Position numbers and translations under genes: made by a program. Under the pieces are notes generated by a model. That model was not told where the DNA came from, did no database searches, and worked only from the letters and a program-made list of their open reading frames with translations. Of a DNA stretch of 64,000 nucleotides, positions 19,076 through 30,243 are shown piece after piece (position 1 is the stretch's first letter; each line of letters opens with the position of its first letter). The stretch is taken from the NCBI GenBank assembly GCA_963665235.2, contig CAXXLX010000001.1, positions 704,001 to 768,000 of the forward strand, in the 5' to 3' direction. The stretch comes from Candidatus Poribacteria bacterium. Lineage in GTDB: Bacteria; Poribacteria; WGA-4E; WGA-3G.

Positions 19076-21328
19076 TCAATCAATTGAAATCTCCTCAGTT
19101 GAATGCACAAACAACACGTCATTCACACCTTCATACCGGAGGAGTATGTCCCTTAACTTGTCGGAACGGAGGTCTTCCTGTGTTAATCCGAGGATGATGA
19201 GGTCGGCTTGGGCGGAGCGGTATATCACCTCCTGCTCTAAATCTTCCGCGTCTTCATAAGAGATAGAGGTGACATTTTGTGCTGAAATCGGCAGGCGTCC
19301 CTCTTTGATTAAGGTTGCTAGCTCGTCTTCTGCCTCCCGTTCAGTATCGGTGGCACTGGTGCATGCGAAAAGTTGAATTTTAGCGCGTTTCCACTGTGGG
19401 TGGCCGACAATAATATATGCAAGCAATAACATCATCGGTGTGTTTGCTAAGTTCTCCTCTGTTACCCAGATATGAATTGAGGAGTGGTAGCCGAATCGGT
19501 ATTTCGTTGAGCGCAGGATAAGGAGATTGAACAGGGACTCTACGGTGAGGCGAGCTCCCAGCTCAATTTCGCTAATCTCCTCCGGTTCAGCCTCGTCGAA
19601 TTCAAGGAGGATACAATTGTTGGCGAGCCCGGAGATTCCTGGCATTTGCAATACTTGCGTCAAAGCCCCTTGGAAGGTCGGACTAATAAGCGAATCGACA
19701 AAAACGCCTGCTCCGCTGACCTCTGTCTGCTGGACCAGTTCTTCAACGGAGATGCGCGCTTCAATTTCGCTAAGAAAAGAGTATTCCCCCTGGAAGAGTT
19801 GGATGAATTGTCCGAACCCGTGCCTATGACAGAGAAACCGGAGCAGGTCGAAGTGTCCGAGCCGGCGTTCACCGAATCGGTTTACAGCGACAATCGAGGG
19901 GCGCCATCCCGCTTCGGATAGGTTCGCTCGACTTTTCTGTGAGGTAATATGTAGCCACCGGGTGAGTTGGAACATCGTGCCTTGGAATATCGCCGCTAAA
20001 CCGCGCTGTTCCTTGTGCGTCCGCCGAAGTCCGAGATAAATACTCCCCATTAGAAAGATGGCGATGGATGCGTAGAGGACGCTTATTTGAATCATCATAA
20101 AACCGCACATCACGGCACCTAACAGCGACACGTACCAGCGGGAGTGAAAGGTCGGACGGTAAGAGGGGCTGCCGGCGAAATGCTCAAGGAACGAGACAAG
20201 ACAGAGCGCACCATAGGTCACTATGAAAAACATCGTGAGGATTTGTGCAATTAAATCCAGTTCTCCGATGGCGACGAAAACTAACGCAATCGCACCGGAT
20301 AGACAGGTCGCATTTACCGGTTCTTTCCGTTTCCCGGTACCTTTTGCCATTAAACGGTTCAGCGGCGGAAACGGCATCACCTTATCACGTGCAAGGGCTT
20401 GAAGCGTTCTAGGTGCCACCATAATTGAACCGATGGCGGAGGAGAGGGAGGCCGCGCCCAATCCGATGTAAATTGCGGGCCCCCATAGGGCGATTTTTGT
20501 CATGATAAAATTATCCTCGGCGAGGTCTGTGGGGATTGCACTCCGGTCAAGTTTAATAGCAACCAAGATGTATACAATCATGCCCGTGACAGTTGCAACG
20601 ATGGTGCCGAGCGGAATACTTCTTTGCGGATTCTTCAAATCCCCCGACAATCCTAGCCCGGCGGTCATGCCGGTAAAGGCGGGAAAACACGTTGCGAAAA
20701 TTATGCCGAAAGCATCAGGGTTTTCAATCGGGGTCAAGGCATTGGTAGCATCCGGGTCTATTGTGGTTTTGCCGAATAGGAAGGTGATAATCGACAACCC
20801 AAGTATCATACTTACTGCCCACAGCACCCCTACGCCGAGGTCAGCACCTTTTGTTAGCATCAGAACGAGGAGCAGCAGGATACAAGGAATGCTTATATAG
20901 CGAGAGTCAATTTCCAATTGATGTGTGGTTTCAAGCCAACTATAGAGCGGTTGAAAAGCTTCCGAGAAGGCGACTATATAAAATGCAACAGAGATGGCTT
21001 CCGAAAGATATAGCGCAATTCCGATTGCACCACCGATGCTTGTCCCGAACGAACGGCTCACAATATAGTAGGCACCGCCACCTGCCACCCGACGGTTCGT
21101 GGCTATCTCAGCCACTGCCAATGCTGTGGGAATTGTCACCAGATGACCGAGCCCGATAATCGCAAGGCTCCCCCAAAGCCCAGCGTGCCCGACTGCATAA
21201 CCGAAACGCAAAAACAGGATGGCACCGAGAATAGTGTTAATTGCGGCTAAAAAGACAGGCGCGGTGCCAAACCCGTGCTCCTGTTCATGAGAATCCGCAG
21301 CGCGGTTTCCGTTGGACTTTGAGGACAT
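19076..21328 (-). CDS. Amino acid permease / cation-chloride cotransporter (SLC12-like)
   Basis: ILGAILFLR, GGGAYYIVSRSFG, FPAFTGMTAGLGLSGDLKNP motifs plus a soluble C-terminal domain. Confidence 0.88.
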   Translation of the reverse strand: MSSKSNGNRAADSHEQEHGFGTAPVFLAAINTILGAILFLRFGYAVGHAGLWGSLAIIGLGHLVTIPTALAVAEIATNRRVAGGGAYYIVSRSFGTSIGGAIGIALYLSEAISVAFYIVAFSEAFQPLYSWLETTHQLEIDSRYISIPCILLLLVLMLTKGADLGVGVLWAVSMILGLSIITFLFGKTTIDPDATNALTPIENPDAFGIIFATCFPAFTGMTAGLGLSGDLKNPQRSIPLGTIVATVTGMIVYILVAIKLDRSAIPTDLAEDNFIMTKIALWGPAIYIGLGAASLSSAIGSIMVAPRTLQALARDKVMPFPPLNRLMAKGTGKRKEPVNATCLSGAIALVFVAIGELDLIAQILTMFFIVTYGALCLVSFLEHFAGSPSYRPTFHSRWYVSLLGAVMCGFMMIQISVLYASIAIFLMGSIYLGLRRTHKEQRGLAAIFQGTMFQLTRWLHITSQKSRANLSEAGWRPSIVAVNRFGERRLGHFDLLRFLCHRHGFGQFIQLFQGEYSFLSEIEARISVEELVQQTEVSGAGVFVDSLISPTFQGALTQVLQMPGISGLANNCILLEFDEAEPEEISEIELGARLTVESLFNLLILRSTKYRFGYHSSIHIWVTEENLANTPMMLLLAYIIVGHPQWKRAKIQLFACTSATDTEREAEDELATLIKEGRLPISAQNVTSISYEDAEDLEQEVIYRSAQADLIILGLTQEDLRSDKLRDILLRYEGVNDVLFVHSTEEISID

Positions 21329-21351
21329 AATGAATACCCCTTTTCATAGTT

Positions 21352-23331
21352 TTAGAATTTTCCAAAAACGCGTACGAAAATTTCCATAAAATTCTGGTCA
21401 TTGACTTCGCCCACTGCACGCTGATCGATGTACCGTGCCCCGATGTGTAGAAAAAGTTGTTTCCGATAGGCGAGGAAACTTTTTTCCATTTCAGCTAGTA
21501 GGGCTTGACGCACAAAATCGTTATCGTTTACTAACATATCATTGAATAAGAGAATCTGTCCGCCCCCAGTAAGTTTGATAGTCTTCGTGAACTGATAGAC
21601 AACTTTCAGAATGAATGCGGAAGCCATATCGCGCACATAAGCCCTTTCAATCTGGCGTAATCGGAGGCGGCGTGAAATGAATTCGCCATCAATTTCTGCA
21701 GCAAAAGCTAGGTCTACAAGGCGGTCCTCCGCCATCCTGAAACCGTTGCGCACAGTATATTTGAACATCGGGCTAATTTCCAATGACTTGGAGGGCCGCA
21801 GGCGGTACAAGGTTTTGAAAATACCGACTTCGTAATGTTCATTATCCCTATCAAAATCGATGTCGTATTGCAGCTTAGCGCGGGCGGTTGTGATCATTCG
21901 GTCAATCCCGTGATATTCCCAAGTGATTTTAGCAGTGTTAATTAGGTCGTTTTGCATCAGTAGCGGGTCTTTACGGCGTTTTTCTACTTCGGTGCCCCCC
22001 TCAACCCCGAAGAATTGCAGGTCTCCCGCTGCTTCCATTTGTTGAATTTCCGGGTCAGAACGATAGAGACGTTCATTTTGTCTGCCCAGAAATCCAGCAA
22101 AATACCATGTTTCATCAGGGATGCTATCCTTAACGAGTTTGAGTTCGTTCTCGAAAATAAGTGAGGAGGCTCTTTCGAGGCGGCGTTTGTAAACCGTGTT
22201 AACGAACCCCTTTTTTGAAGATGGAGTATCTCGGAATCTTAGGTTTTTTTCGACCTGTAGACCGATGTCCAGATCGAGGGTTCCCGTATCCCGTTTCATC
22301 TTACGGTTCATCAAAAGGCGTATACCTTTCAATCCGATGTCAAATTCGTAATTCGGTTCCTTATCATTTTCTTCCTCGTCCCTGATGCCGTTGTTGTTCC
22401 GGTCGCTTTCATCTAGGAAATCCTCATCGACATCAAAGAGCAGGATGTCGTCTTCATAATCGAAGGTACCGTTGTTATTCTTATCCAGGTCCCCTGGAAT
22501 AATCAGAGAAGGCGGGTCAGCAAACGTGTTATCGGTGTATCTGTCCTGGTCATCGTTATCGCCGACTGCGTGGTCAGCATCGAATCGGGGTCCAACGCGG
22601 AACGCCTCTGCTTGAAAGAGCGTGTCGCCGACAGTTCGGAACGCCTTGAAGACGGTTGTTGTTGCATCAAAACGTGCACGTGCATTTTTTCCCAACGCGC
22701 TTTTAGGCGTTACCGCAACCTCCGCTTTCACCCCGTAGTTGGTGAAATTGGTTTCCATATCCACTGACCATACGGGGGTTCCCCGGAAATACCAGGAGAG
22801 CCCTAACTGTGACTTACCAAACTTCGTGACTTGACGTAAACCGATGCCCGACCCCTCTGTTTGTGATTCTTGACCGTTCAGACGGTTGAGGGTGCCTGGA
22901 ACCATGAGAATTGTCCAATCGGTGCGGTTAGAACGCACCTCCCAACGGATACCGTCCAAATCGATTCGATCGAAGGTGAACTTCGTGAAAGTGGTCGGGA
23001 CTTCACCAAGGCTGAGGATATTTTTGACACCGCCGGCGGTTTCCTCTATCACCATAACGCTATGAAAACCGCGGCGAAAGAGCCGGTCAAAATCAAAATT
23101 GTCTTTCCGTATACGTTCCTCCTCTGTGTCAGCGAGGAAGTTGCGTCTATTTGTGAAATCGTATTCAACACGTCCGGACAAAAACAATTTGCCGAATAGA
23201 CTGTAGACATCCTCTGCTTCACTCCAGCTGGCGAAAAAACAGCAGAGCCCGACGAGCATAGACACTAGAAAACATTTAACGTAAGAACGGCGAGGACTCA
23301 ACCGTTTTAAAGGGGCTGTTTTTGTGTCCAT
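21352..23331 (-). CDS. Secreted/outer-membrane hypothetical protein with DxNNNG Ca-binding-like loops
   Basis: Signal peptide; DLDKNNNG and DRNNNG loops; beta-strand pattern ending in Phe. Confidence 0.6.
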   Translation of the reverse strand: MDTKTAPLKRLSPRRSYVKCFLVSMLVGLCCFFASWSEAEDVYSLFGKLFLSGRVEYDFTNRRNFLADTEEERIRKDNFDFDRLFRRGFHSVMVIEETAGGVKNILSLGEVPTTFTKFTFDRIDLDGIRWEVRSNRTDWTILMVPGTLNRLNGQESQTEGSGIGLRQVTKFGKSQLGLSWYFRGTPVWSVDMETNFTNYGVKAEVAVTPKSALGKNARARFDATTTVFKAFRTVGDTLFQAEAFRVGPRFDADHAVGDNDDQDRYTDNTFADPPSLIIPGDLDKNNNGTFDYEDDILLFDVDEDFLDESDRNNNGIRDEEENDKEPNYEFDIGLKGIRLLMNRKMKRDTGTLDLDIGLQVEKNLRFRDTPSSKKGFVNTVYKRRLERASSLIFENELKLVKDSIPDETWYFAGFLGRQNERLYRSDPEIQQMEAAGDLQFFGVEGGTEVEKRRKDPLLMQNDLINTAKITWEYHGIDRMITTARAKLQYDIDFDRDNEHYEVGIFKTLYRLRPSKSLEISPMFKYTVRNGFRMAEDRLVDLAFAAEIDGEFISRRLRLRQIERAYVRDMASAFILKVVYQFTKTIKLTGGGQILLFNDMLVNDNDFVRQALLAEMEKSFLAYRKQLFLHIGARYIDQRAVGEVNDQNFMEIFVRVFGKF

Positions 23332-23380
23332 ATTTTATCATTTTCCCAGAAAATCTTTTAGCGAAACCGATCTCCGGGGT

Positions 23381-26300
23381 TTACCTTAAAATATCCTCTG
23401 GTCCGTAAGATTCAGTGAAAGTCGTCCAAATTCCGGTGCGTTTATCGAGGCGGCTCAAGCCGCGATAGGTGCCGAACCAGACATACGTGCTGCCAATATC
23501 CATGGAAAGTATACCGTTATGGGCTAATCCCTCTTCGCGCGTGTAAGTTGTCCAGGTATTCGTCAACTGGTTGAACCTGCTGACACCTGCATTATAGGTG
23601 CCAATCCACACGTCTGTGCCATCAACCCCGATAGTGGTAACCTTGTTGCTTGCGAGTCCATCGTCTGTCGTATAGGTTTGCCAAACGTCCGAGGTCCCAC
23701 CGAGGACATCCTTAGTCTTTTCATTATAAAGCGTTACCCCTCGGTTGCTGCCAAACCAGACACGATTGCCATCAATTGCGATACAACTGACTTCATTGCT
23801 CACGAGTCCATCTTCGGTTTTGAGCGTTTTCCAGATGTCACGCCCGATATCATATCTGCTGACCCCGCGGCGCGTTCCGACCCAGACATGTTTCTGGCTC
23901 GCCGTGATACACCAAATTTCATCGGTAACTAATGATTCCGCGAACTCTTTGGATACAGCCGATGGTTGAATTGCAGAACCGGACGTATAAGCAATCCAAG
24001 CATTGAGGTCATCTGAAGTTCGCGGATATTTACCGAGCCCAGAATTCGTGCCTACCCAGATATTATTACCGTCAGTGCTAACAGATGTGACATTATTCGC
24101 GGGCAATCCGTGTTCAGTTTTGTATTGAGTCCAGCGAAGTGCAAGCTTATCAAAACGGTTTGCACCGTCTCGGGTGCCAACCCAAACATATTGCTGGTCA
24201 ACAACAATAGAGCTAACAGCGTTATCGGAGAGCATACCGCGTGATTTGGGGCGATGCCGATGCCAGTGCCCATTGTGTGTTGCTATCTCTTCTGCCCCCC
24301 CTGTCTGCTTATAGTTTTTCCATGTTCCTAAGACCATGTCGTACCGAGACAAACCGCTGTCTGTTCCGACCCATACAAAACGTTCGTCTGTATCCACAGT
24401 GCGGATGGTCCGTCCAGAAAGCGTTGGCAACGGTGGAAAAGGTGTCCAAGATTCTTTCTGTTTGTCATAACGGGAGAGCCCCCGTATCGTTCCAACCCAC
24501 ACATAGTTTTCGTCAACTGCCAGCGCGTATTCTCCTACATGATTATGCAGCAGCCCTTTGATGTCTTTAAACGTTGTCCATGTACCGGAGGCGAAATGAA
24601 AACGCCTGAGTCCATCGTTCGGTGCGGCTAACCAGAGCGAGTCACCGTCTGCAGCTAACTCAAGCGTCCCACGCCCTGACGTGATTGTCGTCCACTCCTT
24701 ATTGTGTCTGTCGTATCGGGTGACCACATTATCCCAAGGTCTGTATTGTATCCAAACATCGTTCTCTGTTGCGATGATGCGTCTAATGGTTTTGGCAGCG
24801 AGCACGTCATTGGTTGAAAACGTGGCCCATCTCTTTTCCTTTTTATCGTATCTTGACAACGGCCGGTTGCTGCCTCTATCGTGTTCGGAGCGGGCCACCC
24901 AAATGAAATCTTCATCAATCGTAATCCATTCGGTACCTCTCCCTGCTAACCCATCTCTCGGTGTGAATTCCTTCCATTCCTTCGTATCTTCATTGTACCG
25001 CGTGAGACTATGTCCGGACCCGAACCATACCTCCGGCCCATCAACAGCGAGTCCCCTTAGTCTTTCATGTTCCTCTCTCCTATCCGGTTGGGTGACAATC
25101 TCCCATGTGCCGGTTGCTTTATCATAACGGTTTAGAGCCATCCCAACCATCGGTATAATCCAGACGCTCTTTTCACTGACAGCAATTTTGTCGAGGTCGT
25201 CTACAGAGAGTCCATCTTTCATTGTAAAATGTTGCCACGTATCCAAGGCTTTATCATAGCGGAGGGCACCGAAGTCTGTTGTGAACCACACTGCGTCTTT
25301 ATCTACATACGTCCAGCGCAACGTTGTCATAGTTTTTTTCAGGGTAGAGTGGAAAATATCCAGACGTGTGAAACGTTGCCAGGTTTTTGTCGGCCGGTGA
25401 AACCGTAAAATACCCCCGTTCCGCGAAGTGCGCCAGTTGGAAAACCATACATAATCCCCATCGAATTTGATATGTGAAGTGCGGGTTTCAAGTAAGGGTT
25501 CGCGCACGGGTCGGGAGAGATGCGCCACCTCTTCGCCATTTTTCACAGCATATTCAATGAGCCCGGTAGCGGTCGCTAACCACAGTTTTCCGTTGTTATC
25601 ACAAACGATATCGCGAATGTTATACTGTTTTCCGAGGGAGTTCCATTTTCTAGTTGCAATCGTGTAACTTCGCATCCCCTGCGGTGTACCGACCCAAAGG
25701 ACACCCTCCCGATAAGCAAGGGCTGTGATATTAGCCGTAGTTAACTGTTCCTTAGCAGTGGGTTCTAAAGGTATAGGTATCCAACGCTGCTGCGTGCTGT
25801 CATATTTTGCGAGTCCTCCCTGTGTCCCTGCCCAAAGCGTCCTCTCCACGGAAAGCAGAACATTCACGTAAGGTTTCTGAAGTCCTTCGGCAATCCGATA
25901 CATCTGCTTATCCGCGATTGAATAGGACCACACCCCCTCTACGCCACCGAACCACACATTTCCATCATGAAAAAGGACAGACAATATCAGCGGGTTTTTG
26001 GGGGTATCGGGCAGTGGAAGGGACATCCATTTTTGGATTTTTGTGTCATACATCGCCGGGCCCGAGTTGGTGCCAAGATAGAGCTGTTCTTGAACGTTTG
26101 AATCCTGCTGCGCGGCAGCTACTGCTGTTACAAAGGCTTCGCCTTGTGTGGGAAAGTGAAAAGTCCACTGTCCGCCTGGGTATGTGCACGAACCGAGTCC
26201 TCGCGCTGTCCCAATCCAGATTTGCCTCGGGTTGGGTAACCCAACCCCTACACTCGTATGCGTGGCAACTTCACTGAAGTCGTTCTGTTGCAATTCGCTT

Positions 26301-27607
26301 GTGTGTGCTGCGACATGTACGGACATGACGTACGGGGTTGGCAGCCCATCCTCTTTAGAGATGACCTCCCAAGTCCGCGTGTGGGGGGTGTAAATTGAGA
26401 TACCAGCGACTGTCGCCATATAGAGGTTCCCATCAGCATCGTGCGTTATACCTCGGACATCGTTATCCGCCAAAAAATCTGCTTGTTTGTAACGTGTCCA
26501 GGCACCGGTAACCTTATCAAAGCGGCTGACTCCATCCTCTTTACTTGCAAACCAGACATTATCCCCCTGTGTCGTAATCCAACTGACATGATTACTAGAC
26601 AAACCATCTGCCTTTGTGTAATGCACCCAGGTATTGACCGGTTTGATGAAACGGTGCACACCTGCATTAGCAGTTCCGAACCAGACCTGAAACCCATCCG
26701 AGCGGATAGAGGTGATAAAATCGCTTTTCAACAGATCGGTTTTGGTATACGTTTTGATGAACGTCTGGTCGACCTGATTATATTGACTGACTCCCCTGTA
26801 TTGTGTACCGAACCAAACGCTGTTCTCATCTACAGCAATAGTGGCAATTTCGTTATCTATCAACCCATCCGATTTTGTGTAGTTATTCCAGGAGTCTGTA
26901 TCTCGGTGGTATCGACTAACGCCACCCTTGCTGAATCTCGGATCATCGTCCCATCCATGCGGGTCCGGATTTATTTCCCTATCCGTACCGACCCATACGT
27001 ACTCCGGTTCCACGGCGATAGTTGTAACCACTCTGCTAATTAAGCCATCTTTGCGGGTACGAACTGCCCAGCTGTCTATCGTTTTGTCGTACCGGTTCAA
27101 GCCGTTAGATGTGCCGAACCAGACATAGTTTCCATCCACAGCAATAGAGGACACCTGATCGCTTGCGAGCCCATCGGTACTCCGGAAGGTTGAAAAAGTA
27201 TCGGTATCGGTGTTATAGCGGCTCACACCTTCATCTGTAGCGAACCAGACCCATTTACCATCAACTGCAACGGCGTTCACGGTATCATTTGCCAATCCAT
27301 TTTCCATTGTGTAGTGGTGCCATGTGTTTTGGAGACGTTTCCAGCGCGAGACCCCTTTCTCCGTTGCCACCCATACGTTATCTGAATCCGCTGCAATACA
27401 GTTGACTTCGTTGCTGATAAGCGTCCGTTCTACAGGCCACGTCTTTTTGGGTTTTGAATTTGCAGGCGTTTCGGATTGCGGATCGGTGATTCCAAGGGGA
27501 CCACACCCTATAAGTAAAAGGAGGTATATTAGCAATAGTAGTGGCGATACAACTGAACGTTGGAATCGTTCAATACAGAAATCGTTTTCTTGTGCTTGTT
27601 TTATCAC
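23381..27607 (-). CDS. Large beta-propeller repeat lipoprotein (two-component-regulator propeller type)
   Basis: LLLIGC lipobox; many DGL.S..V..I..D...VWFGT..GVSRY repeats. Confidence 0.85.
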   Translation of the reverse strand: MIKQAQENDFCIERFQRSVVSPLLLLIYLLLLIGCGPLGITDPQSETPANSKPKKTWPVERTLISNEVNCIAADSDNVWVATEKGVSRWKRLQNTWHHYTMENGLANDTVNAVAVDGKWVWFATDEGVSRYNTDTDTFSTFRSTDGLASDQVSSIAVDGNYVWFGTSNGLNRYDKTIDSWAVRTRKDGLISRVVTTIAVEPEYVWVGTDREINPDPHGWDDDPRFSKGGVSRYHRDTDSWNNYTKSDGLIDNEIATIAVDENSVWFGTQYRGVSQYNQVDQTFIKTYTKTDLLKSDFITSIRSDGFQVWFGTANAGVHRFIKPVNTWVHYTKADGLSSNHVSWITTQGDNVWFASKEDGVSRFDKVTGAWTRYKQADFLADNDVRGITHDADGNLYMATVAGISIYTPHTRTWEVISKEDGLPTPYVMSVHVAAHTSELQQNDFSEVATHTSVGVGLPNPRQIWIGTARGLGSCTYPGGQWTFHFPTQGEAFVTAVAAAQQDSNVQEQLYLGTNSGPAMYDTKIQKWMSLPLPDTPKNPLILSVLFHDGNVWFGGVEGVWSYSIADKQMYRIAEGLQKPYVNVLLSVERTLWAGTQGGLAKYDSTQQRWIPIPLEPTAKEQLTTANITALAYREGVLWVGTPQGMRSYTIATRKWNSLGKQYNIRDIVCDNNGKLWLATATGLIEYAVKNGEEVAHLSRPVREPLLETRTSHIKFDGDYVWFSNWRTSRNGGILRFHRPTKTWQRFTRLDIFHSTLKKTMTTLRWTYVDKDAVWFTTDFGALRYDKALDTWQHFTMKDGLSVDDLDKIAVSEKSVWIIPMVGMALNRYDKATGTWEIVTQPDRREEHERLRGLAVDGPEVWFGSGHSLTRYNEDTKEWKEFTPRDGLAGRGTEWITIDEDFIWVARSEHDRGSNRPLSRYDKKEKRWATFSTNDVLAAKTIRRIIATENDVWIQYRPWDNVVTRYDRHNKEWTTITSGRGTLELAADGDSLWLAAPNDGLRRFHFASGTWTTFKDIKGLLHNHVGEYALAVDENYVWVGTIRGLSRYDKQKESWTPFPPLPTLSGRTIRTVDTDERFVWVGTDSGLSRYDMVLGTWKNYKQTGGAEEIATHNGHWHRHRPKSRGMLSDNAVSSIVVDQQYVWVGTRDGANRFDKLALRWTQYKTEHGLPANNVTSVSTDGNNIWVGTNSGLGKYPRTSDDLNAWIAYTSGSAIQPSAVSKEFAESLVTDEIWCITASQKHVWVGTRRGVSRYDIGRDIWKTLKTEDGLVSNEVSCIAIDGNRVWFGSNRGVTLYNEKTKDVLGGTSDVWQTYTTDDGLASNKVTTIGVDGTDVWIGTYNAGVSRFNQLTNTWTTYTREEGLAHNGILSMDIGSTYVWFGTYRGLSRLDKRTGIWTTFTESYGPEDILR

Positions 27608-27631
27608 TTCTCCCTTTTCCTTTATAGGTTA

Positions 27632-27843
27632 TACCATTTTTATTAATTATTCTATCATTACCGATTGTTAGAAATGAAACGGAGAACGACCCAAACTGGA
27701 AGTTTATGCTACAATAAAGAGGCACAAACTGGAAGTTTATGCTACAATAAAGAGGCACAAACTGGAAGTTTATGCTACAATAAAGAGGCACAAACTGGAA
27801 GTTTATGCTACAATAAAGAGACATTTTCAATTTAGAAATGGTA
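27632..27843 (-). repeat. MITE family A copy 3 (reverse orientation): 4 cores in 33-bp units
   Basis: Same leader and trailer as copies 2 and 4 on the minus strand; TTA duplicated; core TAGCATAAACTTCCAGTTTG, linker TGCCTCTTTATTG. Confidence 0.9.
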
Positions 27844-27853
27844 TTATATTATA

Positions 27854-28205
27854 CTATAGTTTGGACAATATCTGTCCGGTGGATCCCCGATTTTCAAAGC
27901 ATTTCTGATTTTTCTCAAAGTTGCTCACACACGGGCAACTTGTAGAAAATAGACTCGAATGCTCGGAAGCGCAGCCCCAGCGGGGCGGTATCTTTATAGA
28001 AAACCCAACCACACCACAACCTAGCCCCAGCGGGGCGGTATCTTTATAGATTTTACCCAAACCCCTCTTCTTTCCGCGTCCTCTGCGGCCTCTGTGCCTT
28101 CCGTGATTCAGACAACACAAGCAAACTCCACCCTTCCACCCTTCCACCCTTCCACCTATCCCTTTGACAATAACGTTACGCCCCCTAAAATTGTCCAAAG
28201 TTTAG
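27854..28205 (+). mobile_element. MITE family C copy 1 (two GCCCCAGCGGGGC hairpins)
   Basis: Ends CTATAGTTTGGACA...TGTCCAAAGTTTAG; 9-bp TSD TATATTATA. Confidence 0.85.
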
Positions 28206-28255
28206 TATATTATACCATGAAAAAAAACCGTACGAAAATTTCCATCAATGTCGCT

Positions 28256-28510
28256 CTATCCCACTTGAATCAGTTTGAACTTTGCGTTTGCCTCTTCTGC
28301 ACCGACGAAACGACTATAAATTGCAACATGGCTGAGCGTGCCTTCCCAATTCCTGCCGCCGCTTGCCTCATCGCCGAAAAGGAACGGATATAATGTCCAA
28401 TTGCTGAAGTCCCCCTGAATTCCGCTGCCGGTGTAGACCTGTTCTCCATCAATATAGCAGTAGATGTTCCCCGAAAAATAGCTGACGATGACGTGCATCG
28501 GTTTACCTGC
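28256..28510 (-). pseudogene. C-terminal LamG-like fragment of the DUF5060/PKD gene, cut off by the IS605 insertion
   Basis: AGKPMHVIVSY...FGDEASGGRNWEGTLSHVAIYSR joins in frame to ...FGKIE at 30505 when the IS is removed. Confidence 0.8.
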
Positions 28511-28544
28511 GTGATACTCACAACGCCTAAAGGCGTGTGCTTCT

Positions 28545-29825
28545 TTACCGCCTCTTGGACGGTTTACTTGATATGAGTCCCGAAAACGGTGACCACGAAT
28601 CAAGTCTACATAGGTTCGGATTATACCTGATACCTACGGGGGATACCACCACCCCGACTACAGGGTTAAAAAGGTAACCCTGATACGCTGTGAGAATATT
28701 ACTCGCACCCACTACATCTCTATGACCGTGCCACCCGCATTTGGGGCATTTATATTTTCGTTTGACTGGTTTTTTGCGATTACCGCAACTTGGGCAGGTT
28801 TGAGAGGTATAGGCTTCGTTTTGGGTATCAACTTTGATACCAAGTGCTTTTGCTTTGTAGGTAATCATCTCTCTAAACTGAGAGAATGCCCACTGGTGTA
28901 ACTTCTCATTGGTTTTTCTACCGTAGTTTATGGATTGTCGGATATGCTTAATATCACCAATAACAATCGTTTCTATCTTTCGCTCTCGGCAAGTAGAAAC
29001 AAAACGTGATGTGATTTTGTGTCGCATGTCACGTAACTGCGACGCTATTTTTGCCAGGAGTTTATCTTTAGCGCGCTTAAGTTTTTTCCAACGCCGACTG
29101 CCTCGCTTGCATCTTGAGAGTTTACGGTTGAGACCCCCTTTGGACTTCTCGCGATACCGCACTTTACTGCGGTGTTCTCGTCCGTTGTAGATTTCGGCAG
29201 TGATACCGTCGAAAGCAGTGATTGGGTGTATTTCACCCATATCGACTGCAACGGCTGTCCCGTGTTTTATCTTTGGCTGTTTCGGTTGTGTTTGGTACGT
29301 TGCATGGAACTCATACGCTTTTGTTATTTTGTTGTAGACAAGGGATACTTCGGTTGGCACAATCTTATGGAATTTCTTGTCAAGCTTGATATAGAGGGCT
29401 TCCCGTCCTTGACCCATAGACAATCGGAGTCTGCCATGTTTATAGGTGATACCCGTTGCACGCCAGGTGAAAGTGTGGAATTTATATGTCCGTTTCGGCG
29501 GCTTTGCCTTGGGATTAGATTGTTTATTCGAAAAGAAAGAACGCCTCGCACCGCAATAGTCGTCTATAACTGCCTGAACAGAATGGGCATGGCAGGGATA
29601 CCGCTTAAACTTAAGATATTTCTTGAGGCCAGCGTCCGACAACCAAAAACCCTTTTTGTTGTATGTTCTAAACGCAAGTGATACCGTTTTGGAATAGATT
29701 CGCCCACCGAGACGATTTATCGCGTCTAATTCCGCTGTCGGTTTTGCTGTTGCTATAATGTAGGTTCGAAACGTTTTGGTATCCTTTTTAGACATGCTTT
29801 TGGTCCTCAATATACTTTTTGACAA
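28545..29825 (-). CDS. tnpB: TnpB RNA-guided endonuclease
   Basis: RuvC-I AVDMGE, IVIGDI, NEAYTSQTCPSCG...CPKCG zinc ribbon, RuvC-III HRDVVGA. Confidence 0.92.
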   Translation of the reverse strand: MSKSILRTKSMSKKDTKTFRTYIIATAKPTAELDAINRLGGRIYSKTVSLAFRTYNKKGFWLSDAGLKKYLKFKRYPCHAHSVQAVIDDYCGARRSFFSNKQSNPKAKPPKRTYKFHTFTWRATGITYKHGRLRLSMGQGREALYIKLDKKFHKIVPTEVSLVYNKITKAYEFHATYQTQPKQPKIKHGTAVAVDMGEIHPITAFDGITAEIYNGREHRSKVRYREKSKGGLNRKLSRCKRGSRRWKKLKRAKDKLLAKIASQLRDMRHKITSRFVSTCRERKIETIVIGDIKHIRQSINYGRKTNEKLHQWAFSQFREMITYKAKALGIKVDTQNEAYTSQTCPSCGNRKKPVKRKYKCPKCGWHGHRDVVGASNILTAYQGYLFNPVVGVVVSPVGIRYNPNLCRLDSWSPFSGLISSKPSKRR

Positions 29826-30201
29826 CTTCTAAGGAGGTGCTACCTACAGATGATATAAATTTAGAACGCGTCCACAAACAAGGCAAGCGAGATTTTAGGA
29901 ATGCCAACTCCTCACGTAACACCCTAGAGGTAAACCCTTTTATCAGCCCAACCGTCCGTGTAACTGGCACTTTTGGGGTGTTTTCTATTATCATAAGCAC
30001 GGGGTCTTCCATAACCTCGCTGGCACACACCTTAAAATCTAACTCGGTTTGTTTAGAACAGATTAGATGGTGCAAGCGTTTTTGTATCGGTTCGGTTAAA
30101 ACTTGGTGCCGATACTTCGGACACCAGACGACATGATACTGACAACTGTAAACAAGGTTTGTCTCGGAGGACCAATGCTTTTCTCCATTCTTAATAAACA
30201 T
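29788..30201 (-). CDS. tnpA: IS200-type Y1 transposase TnpA with a degenerate HUH motif
   Basis: YHVVWCPKYR, KGFTSR, LWTRS, YIEDQ; DPVL in place of DHVH. Confidence 0.88.
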   Translation of the reverse strand: MFIKNGEKHWSSETNLVYSCQYHVVWCPKYRHQVLTEPIQKRLHHLICSKQTELDFKVCASEVMEDPVLMIIENTPKVPVTRTVGLIKGFTSRVLREELAFLKSRLPCLWTRSKFISSVGSTSLEVVKKYIEDQKHV

Positions 30202-30243
30202 TAGACGTTATAATGATTTAATCAGAATACGCCTGTGAACCTT

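Noticed and set aside
23685-23710. Possible fourth in-frame palindrome (DVLGGTSDV), and a similar one at the BlaI C-terminus (~16916-16946)
   Set aside because: They look like insertions but lack a clear GTAG tag and have weak stems; not supportable without orthologue alignment
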